NCBI RefSeq assembly: GCF_022539665.2
Contig: NC_081331.1
Span: 11,532,001 to 11,596,000 of the forward strand
Direction of reading: 5' to 3'
Source of the DNA: Daphnia carinata
Taxonomy: Eukaryota
DNA: 64,000 nucleotides
Made by a program: the position numbers and the translations under genes. Below are positions 54,024 to 64,000 of this stretch, in pieces. Under the pieces are notes generated by a model, which worked only from the letters and a program-made list of their open reading frames with translations, made no database searches and was not told the DNA's origin. Every line of letters begins with the position of its first letter. Position 1 is the stretch's first letter.

Positions 54024-57000
54024 ACAAACGCAATGTGACTGCAAATTGTTGTATAAAAGATGATGTTATGGGTTAAAAAAGAATCGTATGTGTTTATTGT
54101 TGTTGCATATGGTTTTGCCTCTCTTACCGTTATGTTGTCCACACACAATCAAGAAATAAAAAGGGACGTGAAAAAAAGATCAATGCTTCGTGAGGTTTCT
54201 TTTCTAACTAGAGTAGTCAAGCAACCGCACAAAACGTGCAATCATCTGTAGAATGCTGAAATTTTGGTGGCTTTGTCCATGATTTTTATGTACGTCAAAC
54301 GATTGCCAGCCGCATAACTCGTTCGTGTGTAGCGGTGCGCAATCGTCGTTGTTATAGTGGCAAATTGACAAACGACGTGGCTCCTTTCTTTTTGTTCTCT
54401 TTTCAATTACGACGTGTGATTACAGAGTAGTAGCAAGACTCTACAATAATTAGGGAAAAAGGAAAAATCACTAAAGAATGTATTCGTGATAAGAATAGAT
54501 TGCCCCGAATAGATTGGTACGTATCAAATAGACGAGCTTTTTAAAGGATTGCTGTCATCTTTTTTTAATTGAGATGTTTGCCGTGACTTGTGCTAAGACA
54601 CTACCCCGTCTGTGATTGATTGTTTAATCTTTCCCTTTCATTCCCATTTCTTCATATCGATCCGCCCGACGACTGATCATTCGCATGTAGTCTAACTGTA
54701 TTTGCCAATATTATTAGATGACATCATTTCGGCTTATTCTGCGAATGCACATGGGAATTTTTGACGGGAACAATAGAAGGCTCCCGAAGATATACCCATA
54801 GCCACCAACTTTGCGGAGTGAAAAACTGAAAGGCAATAGAAATAAGGAATGCAAACTCGAGAAGCGTCTCAGCCATTGCGCTTTTCTTTTCCAATTTTCT
54901 TGTTGGAAGTATTGCTGTTCAAAACTATAAAAAACCGAACAGAAAAGAAATAAAAAAAGGGAAGTTCGATAGTATTACAGATTCAATTTCTTTGATGGTC
55001 TTTTTTTTATTACGCCTCCAGTAGTGTATAGTGTTTGGCTGGCTTACTTGGAAAGTGGAGACATGCCCATTATGTGGCACTCTTTCTTTTACTTTTTGTT
55101 ATGTGATTCAGGCCAAATGGCCAAAAAATATAGCCTACTTGGAGACATTGAACAGCATTGATTCTTCTGTACAGCCACTCTTACTTTCTCTCCGCTTCGG
55201 TATATCGCTCTTTACTTTCGCGATCGAAACAAACGATCATGTGGACGAACTACGACCTTTAATTGAATAAGACCGAGTCTCGCACAACAAAATCGAGGGA
55301 GCAATGAAACTAACAGAATGCTGCCATTGCGAAATTTTTCAGGTTAGCAGAGAGCGTTTGCACAAAATGTAAAAAATCAGGTGAAGCTTTATAGTGGTTA
55401 CGAAAAATTACACGAGAGCTATGCCTGGCATTCCACAGTAACCATAGTGATGGCCTTATTCAGTAGTGATGGCCTTATTCAGTGGCTACTAGACGAATCA
55501 CGTGATAATAAACTTGCAGGCTTACCCGGTGATCATCTCGTGTAATTTCACCTCAATTACTTCCAACCGATTCCCGGGAAGAAATCAAAGCAGCTTGCAC
55601 TGCAATTACGGCAGCGTAGCACGAGGTCCAACTATAATCTTACGAGCCGGCAGTGGGTTCTAATAATGGACGAAATGAGAATCACGTAAGACTTTGGACG
55701 TATACCAGGGATACATTCTTCGGCTTGTGACTACAGCTCAATAAAGTGTATATGGACTCGCGATTCTATCTGCTGAACTGAAAGCTCCAACCGCATATCC
55801 GAGTCCATCAATCGTTTGATACAGATATATATACGACGGTGCCGTATAAAGCCCTACACAGAGCTCTATCCGGATAGAAGGTCTGAGTACCTTAAAGGGG
55901 ATATTGAAATCACTGTATATATATTGCCTGGCTGCAATCTCGAAGGTCAGTTGTTTTTCTAACTCACTGCAGGTTGGCGTACGCTACGAAAAGCTCTTTC
56001 CTTTTCCTTAGTCCTATTTTGTTCCGCAAGAACAAAGGCCGAAGTTGAGAAGAAGAAAGGTGAGTGAGCACAAAAAATTAAATGTTACAACTTCCAATCG
56101 TTCACGACGTCTTTCTTTTTCGAAGGGATATTATACGATACAGGATCGAGAAAATAATTAGGCACAACAATTCAATGAGATTAAATAAGCCAAACTTCGA
56201 TTGCCATTCTACTTTTACGGATAATACAGGATACTTGAACGTAAGGTAAAAGATATTTTTAAATCTCTAAGAGTGCTCTACGTTTTTTGTCTCATACTTT
56301 ATTTGCAATGCTTCATTGGGATATAAAAATTCGTTGGTTTGTTGAGACACTCGAGAAATGTCAATCACACTTGGGGTCGTATACCCAGACGTGCGCATTT
56401 ACTTAAAAGCCTCGGAATATGTAGTCACAAAGTGTGCTAGTTATTTGGGTTTGGTAGGTTGCCAACCCTTTTATTGTGATTTAAACCACTTGGACTGCTT
56501 CCTCTTCCGAAATAAAGATATCGTTATAGCATTAGTCATGTCTGCGACAATGGCTGGGCATTTTTTTGTACTTGTACTAAAAGGCCACACAAAATACGTA
56601 CAAATGTAGTTATACAGAATGGAAGCCACATTTTTTATAACAGCCGGATTACATCGCTACGTACTCTTTTGCAATTTAGCATATGGATTAGTGAACTATA
56701 TATAAAAAACAAATTTTATCTTTATTTCTTTAGTTTGAAAAAATGGGCGTTTTCAAAGTCATTAGTCCGCGTGTATGTAAGGCAACAAGTATAACTGGGG
56801 AACTGGTAACTAAAAATATTCTCTCTCTTCCCTATATATTTCCAAAGGAAAGGGTTCGGTACGGATAGTATTTCCATCTTTTTCCAACGTGTCCCATTTT
56901 TTTCCCCCATTTTCTAGGAGGTGTCATTTCCTTGGCGAATCCGTAACCATTCCTGCTCATTTTGAAGAGTGCCTTATTACTGCTGCGCGCGCGCTCGTGA

Positions 57001-58602
57001 AAAAGAGATGCCCGCTGTCTCTTCCCAACTACATCGACGTGTGTATATGAAGGCCTCTAGCAAAGACATTGAACTAACGTAGTCCGATGTTCCTCAGTAT
57101 TCGTGCTGGTCTCAGCGAGAAAACAAGCTTTTGTTATCGTATACAGTTTCCCGATCGTAGTGTGTCAGTTTTCTTTTTCTTGATTGTATAAGGAACTCGC
57201 GTAGGTGCACACGTCATCAAATCACGTGAGTATTCACACAATTCTGTGATTTAATTCATGTAGCTTCTGCTGAAATTACTTTCCATCTAGTTGACTGGTT
57301 TTAACTTTCCCCCGCGTCAAGTCTAACTTTCACAATAGATTCGAATCAGGAAACAAATCGCTTTCCTGTTTATTGATGCGTGTCGTTAGATTATCATTGT
57401 CTTCCTACTTATCTCTTTTTTGGCCCCACTCGCAGCTGCAATACTGGCCATGGCAGATGCAATTGTCTGTTTTCGCTTCGAGCCATCTCGGTCTCGTTTT
57501 GTGTCGATCGTTTACTCATACATTTCTGTCCTGTTTATCTTCCACTCTGCCGATGCACCGATTTGATACTGGATCCTTCAAAATATGTTTGTTGACAAGG
57601 GCTTGGGTTTTATTATTGGCTAATATCGTTGTTTACGTTCATTTTAAATTCACGGGCTTCGTTTATTTTTCCAAGGTCGGCTTTTTCACGAAAGAAGCCC
57701 TGCGCATTTTCAGCTGAGATTTTATACTACAAAAAAAAACAAAAAAAAAAGAGAAAACATCAATGTAATGGGGAAGCAGAAAGGCTATTGACGCAATTCA
57801 ACCTTGGGTTTTCAATTAAAAAAAACTCTTTCTTTAATTTTGCTGATGAGGAAACGTTATATTACCGTCATGCCAGGCTAGCATCCTTTAATCAAGCCCG
57901 TTTGGATGATTGGATATCTTGAATTTTCTCGTTCATGATGGTATTTTTCGTGAAAAAAATAACGCGCTTTCGATGAATAGAGTAATTATGATGGCCTAGA
58001 GATGCAGCAACTAGAAATTGTACTAACGATATCTCTTTATGGTGCTTCTGTGCACTGCGCATCATTTACAAAGCCACAGACATATTCGTGCCTAGATATG
58101 GATGATTTCATTGCTTTCGATTTTTTTTTCTTTTTGTCACTATATGGCGTCATGTGAGCTCATGGCTATCAAGAACAGCTGCCGTGGCAAGGAAGCTCAC
58201 CATCAAACCAGGGGTTTCACCATCTCCGCCATTCGTTTATTTTTTTTATGCCATTCGTTTTCCAACCAGAAATAACCTGGAGCTTTGCAACTGTCCCGTA
58301 TTTTTCCCATTTAACAATTGTTTCCAGCGGACGGTAGTCGGTTGCAGATCCATTTCCCTTGTTTGTCGTCCTCTTTCCGTCCCGTTGTGCCAAAAGTTCG
58401 ATTATTTAAACAAAATAAGAAAGAATAGGGACAAAAAGACAATACAGGATAACAATAGGATATCGAGATGTGCGAACGAACAGCGTATCTCGTTTTCTTA
58501 TAGTCTTTTCTACGGTATCGTATTTACAGTTTTCTGATCTGAAAATGTTTCCTCATGTCGTTTTAAGGTTCGCAATCGACGAAGATTGGCGGAACCAGAA
58601 CG

Positions 58603-61600
58603 ATGACATCACCGCCTAAACACTATCAGAACCAGTCGGAGAGTCCACATTGCAACAAGTTGGTCAATCGGCTTAACTTAGCGTCGTTGTCTTTGCGGCC
58701 ACGATGGCGAGTCATGGTGAATCTTGGTTGTCATTTGATTTCTGATAATGTACAATTCTCTAGCTGCGTTGTTTGTTTACAGGTTCTCGGTCATCATTCC
58801 GTCGGCAAATCTGGTAAGATCAATGTAACTATGTTAAATGCAATGCGAATTGGACGAGTTTCTTTTGCGTTCCGACTCGTATATAATGTTGTTTTTTAGA
58901 GGTTAAGTTGGAATCGATATACAGATTGGGGTTCTCTTAAAAAGTACAAAGGGCTTTGTATTCCGTGCACCAGTTGCCATGCTAGAGAAGAAAACAAGTA
59001 TAACTGTACATCCGCAATTGCCTGGGTTACCAATAAGCTTCGGTCATTACCGACCACGTTTAGCTGTTTAGTCGTAGATAGAGGCAACTGAAAGATGAAA
59101 CGCATTGGAAACAAAGATAAACGATACCAAGCGGAGTACATCATTGATTTTTAGCTTCATGTACGCTATTTTTATTTTCTATAATCCTTAATATGTAGGC
59201 CAGAACGAATAAATAGTGACTTTTACTACAAAAATCTTATTGAAAATACTCGCTTGAGCAAGCAACGACTAGTCTTGCTATTCTTATGCCATCAAAGAGA
59301 GGAAAGATTAGAGGCTTACTACTACTACTAGGCTACTTACTATTACTCTTGGAAAACTGGAGGGGGTATTAAGACTAGATGCATATACTGGAGTTCTCAA
59401 GTCTTGGCTGTTGGAGGACAGGGCTCGAGTTTGTTTTTTCTTAACAAGCTTAGAACATGCCGTAGCTAGTTGCATTCGTAGGGAGAAAAACAACATTTCA
59501 AAAACGACGCGTGAATGACAAATGTGATGGCCTCCATTTTCTATTGTCATGAAAGGTGATGGAAACTATGATTTTCTACGAAGACTAAAGACGTAGAAAC
59601 AAATGGTGATGTGGAAGGTTTGTATGGGGGTAAGTGTTTAGGCATCTGTTTGTCTAAACTAGTCACGATTTTTAGACATGGTGACGCAGCAAAACCAACC
59701 CAATCGAAAAGTTCAAACAAATAGAACGAACGTCAAAAGGTAATTGTGAATTCATGTGAAAAACAATAAGACTCAATTACCGTTGAGGGGAAATAACATG
59801 CGAGACATCATCTTTATAAAGAGGAAAACAACGCCTAACTGTCGTCGTTGACTGTCCAATTGAACGACAGCTTAATCGTCTCAACGACACGTACCGTTAA
59901 CGGGACATCTCGCTCTAATTTCTATTTACGTTTCCATGGTCACAGTGCCTCCATTATTCTGTTTTTCAGTCTGTTATTGACAAAACTCGAATTAGCATTT
60001 TGAGTTGTTTTGACGTTACCTACCACTCGTCCCCATAGTCTTGCCATGTTTGTGACGGTTAGTTGAAGTTGGTGCACTGGAATTAGATGCAACAGGAAAA
60101 CCAACAGCAACGTCTATAATCATAACAATGTCAACGGAAGACTCCCTCTTTTTTTCTGGTGTGGACAAAGCAGCTGGGAATATTATGCTTTTGGATTTTT
60201 TAAAGCGAAAAAAATGGGTTCGAACTTCATAGATAGACCTGTACGGTATGGCATTTAGAGTAGCTGCATCGGTCCGATAAGACCCTCTATGGGTTCATTC
60301 TCACTTTCATTTTACTACCATAAACTGCACTAAATAGATGCCTTGGCGCAGCTGTACCAAAAAAATCCTTACTGCGTATAGAACTATTAAAGGAAAGTAT
60401 ATGTTTACGGTTTGAAGGATCGTAGAGAACACAGTTGATAGGACTCTGTAGCGCAAAATACGGCGAGATTCTGAAAGCAATTAAAAAAGTTTTGCCACCT
60501 AAGCTTCAATAAATTGTTCTTTTTTTTTCCTATGTCACAAAAAATGATGCGGCCGGACATGCATCTGGTTTAGCGTTCGTAGTTCGTTTTCTGACGCGCC
60601 GATTCATTGGCGACTACGACCCCAAATTAGAAAGATGCTATCCAGTGAACACAACTCTAAACGGCGATCACGTCATGCTGGAGCTTTTGGACAGCGGAGG
60701 ACATCACCTGGAGGTACGTGCTAACAAAGGAAGACACTGGCTTTGCCTGAGCAACGAAGATGTACAGAAATGGTTTCATGGTTGTAGAAGTTTAATGATT
60801 ATGGTTGCGTTTTTCGTTGTTGACAGGATGGGAGTCAATCAGACTTAGAAGCCAAGATCCGTTGGGCTGATGCTTTTATCCTTTTATACTCTGTCACGGA
60901 CAAATGCTCGTTTGACGAATGCTGTCGTCTCCGTTTCCTCATTGGGTACAACAAGCGTCGACGGAGACATTTGGTATAACAATTGCAACAACTGGAACCT
61001 TAAAAGTCTTTGGGTTTGCATTTGTCAATCAAGCCATATTCTATTTTTTAAACTAAGCTTAGAGTTGCTACAAATACTATTGATATGTTGGTCAATTCCC
61101 TTTTAAAGGAAAGAATGACGTCAATTTAGAGTACGACAAATTTCAAAGGATGCGGGGCTTTAATGACGACATATGCCGGCTTGCTTTTTCAATTGCTCTC
61201 GCATTTCAAAATTGAGAAGTTATTGTTGCGCACCATGGATTGAGCCTATATCTAGTTTCTAGTATGACAAGAATTCATGGACAGAAGGCCAAAACGATTG
61301 GTTTCAAGTTCAACATTCGAAAACAGAAGTTATGGCTTGTTGGCTGAAAGATCAAAGCTTTCTAAGAACAAAAAAAAAGATGTATCTTCGTATAATTAAT
61401 TGTTTCTTTTGATCTGGTAGACAACCAAATAATCGATCTCTATTCTTGTTATCCAACATTCTTTCTCTTTCACCATGGTGAATTAACCACCATTAAGTTT
61501 GGTTCAGCTTTCGGCAACAGTCACGGTCTGAGCGCCGAAATAATGGGTTCCTCATCGAGTGTGATCTTGGTAGCCAACAAGGTTGACCAGGTGGAAGACA

Positions 61601-62308
61601 GAATGGTCAGCACCGAAGAAGGTAAATCATGAGACGAGGATGGTCGTACTTGTCTTTAAAATAACCTGTTACGTTCGTCGTATTTATTTTGTTAGGAGAA
61701 AAACGGAGTCGGGACTTGGGATGTGATCTCTTCTTCGAAATATCAGTCCGAGAGGAAGTTGACGTTGCCAAAAGAGTTATGGACGATTTGTACTTTCGGT
61801 GGAAGTACAATCAGTCTCACCACCATCACCACCACCTGCCACAACAGCAACCACATCATCCCATTGCAACGACACCGAATGGCTCATCACACCACTTTGG
61901 CCGACGATGTTTGGAAACATTCGCAGGTCGATGTTCAGCCAACAAGAGTAACAGCATGGATGTCATCAGCGAAAGGGAAGACGGCGCATTGCCCATATCC
62001 CTATCATTAGGTTAGGAATGTGCGCTATAATTTCTTAAGAATCCATTCTACAAGATTCTTTTATTGTTGTAGAATCACCACTACCTGATGTGGCTACAGA
62101 CAACATTTCATTAGAGGACAAGTTTCGTTCTCGAGCTTCCACGGAAGGCAGCTTGAATTTCAGGAATAAGCGCGTCATTCATCGTTGTGTGCAGCCTGCA
62201 ACGCCTCATCTCGATCAACCAGCAGTGCCCACTACGTGTAACATAACCAACAAGAGGCCTGCTCGTCGAATGAGTATCAGCTTAAGAGGCGCTAGCAGTG
62301 CATTCTAA
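58603..62308 (+). CDS. RERG/RASL11-12-like Ras-family small GTPase with a C-terminal extension and no CaaX
   Basis: Spliced: RVM|VLGHHSVGKS|AFVVRFLTRRFIGDYDPKLE...LELLDSGGH...IRWADAFILLYSVTDKCSF...VILVANKVD...RMVSTEEG...FFEISV. His-rich tail. Ends GASSAF*. Confidence 0.85.
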
Positions 62309-63178
62309 ATCTATTTTACGTTTGCTTCTTGCTGTTATTGTGTAATTTTAATGACATGTTGAAATGTGTTTTCACTGCAACGAAGCCAGTTTTAAAAATA
62401 TTTAAGACAAAACTGAATCCTCTTTTTATAAAGCTTTTATGAGCGAAATTGTTGCGACGAGACCAAATGTCCCAGTGTGAATCTTTGATGAACCAGCTGT
62501 GACTTGGAAGAAAAATTCCGATATTTCCAACACAGAAATATCCGTGGCACCATTTTATTGTGTAAGTTCTATGGATCTGGTATGACGTACAATGCTGGTC
62601 ATTTCAAGTTGACGCATTTACAGTACAGATTCCGGTGAACATATAAAAGAGGAATATAAACCAGTGCTATGTTAATTGGAGATTCCGTCTATATTTTACG
62701 GATTTACAAACGCAGAAGCAATACACACTTTTGCGTGTATCGCGCATCGGTGTAAGTAAAAAAGAAATGCTAAAATGTTTGCATCGTTGACGGAGGCGAA
62801 CATTTGGCGTTCCCCAGTAATATTGTCTGAATGTCTAGGAATATCTACTTATATCGTATTCAGTTTTTATAGCAGTTTTTCATGGGCGGTTTTCTTTTGT
62901 TGTTATATGACTTGCTTTGCGCCCCTATTTCTAAAAATGATCGCACGTCCTCCACAGTTACCTGTGAATTTGCATATTTTGCAGGTGGGATTTTTAGAGT
63001 AGTGAAACAGTAAGGCCGAAATGAAAGTTTCTCTGTCCTACCGCTCTATCCCCATCGCTTGCACTTGCAAATTACAATTACAAAAACTCCACCTAGCGAA
63101 AAAGAAACAAAGCTATAAGAGAAATTCCACCGCGAAAACAACCCGTTGACGTTAATCACTCTCCAACTATTTCAAAAG

Positions 63179-64000
63179 ATGGAAGATGTTAAGGATGAGA
63201 ACTTGTCTCATAGTAAACCTACGGATAAATCTAATAATGCCGAAGTGACTGAAGAATCAGTTATTAAAGATGAGACTCTACCAGGAACTACCACCAAGAA
63301 AGGAAAAATTCGTAAAAGAAAAAAAGGACTTCACACAGCAATCAGGAATCAGATGGAATTTTATTTTAGTGATGCCAATATATCAAAAGATAGATTTATG
63401 CAGACTGTCATCAAAGATGGACCAGGTAAAAAGTCTTTCCATTTCATCCCGTCACATTTTCAAGATGCCTACATATAGCTTACATTTCACAGAAATTCTC
63501 CTTGATGTTTTCATGAACTTTAACAAGCTACGTTCATTAACAGAAGATCCAAAAGAAATTGCTAAGGTTTGTTTGGTTTTTATTATATTTCATCCTTTAG
63601 CTAGCATTTTAAATAACCTTCTATGTATTCTAAGGCTTTGAAATTTTCTACAATATTGAAACTGAGTGAGGACGAGACAAAGGTTTCAAGAATTACTCCC
63701 TTTCGCCCAAAGTCGCAAGAAGAAGTTGACCTCTGCACCTTATATGTGGTAAGTTGAAAATAGAAATAACTTCAATAGTTATTTGGTTCATTTCCAAAAA
63801 AAATTATTTCATGTATCAAGGAAAACCTACCACCCCATGCCACGATAGAGTGGATAACCAGTATATTTTCTGAATACGGAGTTGTTGCATATGTTTCTTT
63901 ACCAAAATTTAAAGATGCATCACGAATCAAAGGATTTGCATTTGTTGAGTTTAGTGATCCTGATTCTGCTGCCAAAGCTGTCAATGTAAGTTTTCTCTAC
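63179..64000 (+). CDS. LARP7: La-related protein 7 (La motif + RRM1), 5' part; continues beyond the window
   Basis: La motif IRNQMEFYFSDANISKDRFM...FNKLRSLT. RRM1 CTLYVENLPPHATIEWITSIFSEYGVVAYVSLPKFK...KGFAFVEF, a LARP7-type signature. Confidence 0.85.

Overview
This is compact eukaryotic, intron-containing genomic DNA. Most introns are about 60-110 nt GT-AG, the sequence is AT-rich, and there are many poly-A/T and (CA)n tracts. The pattern suggests a branchiopod crustacean such as Daphnia (inference, not checked). Spliced gene models read by hand, in order: an unnamed single-pass membrane protein (minus, runs off the left edge) with about 11 kb of non-coding upstream DNA; TMEM98 (-) head-to-head with EXOSC10/RRP6 (+); PFKFB (+); kazrin-like (+); a 13-finger C2H2 zinc-finger gene (+); a palindromic repeat element; a pancreatic-type lipase (-); VPS8 (-) head-to-head with PIKfyve/FAB1 (+); two divergent small secreted Cys-pair proteins; a RERG/RASL-like small GTPase (+); and the 5' part of LARP7 (+). 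Four observations stand out. (1) The zinc-finger gene is bracketed by ~320-bp inverted copies of a bidirectional poly(A) module shared with kazrin, which fits a staggered-break inversion. (2) Two unrecognised secreted proteins share a four-Cys-pair architecture, a 10-nt first coding exon and TATA promoters, suggesting a possibly undescribed family. (3) A foldback-like element with an 18-bp perfect palindromic core sits at the inferred inversion breakpoint. (4) The membrane-protein gene at the left edge is invisible to the ORF track. I recognised no rRNA, tRNA or CRISPR features.
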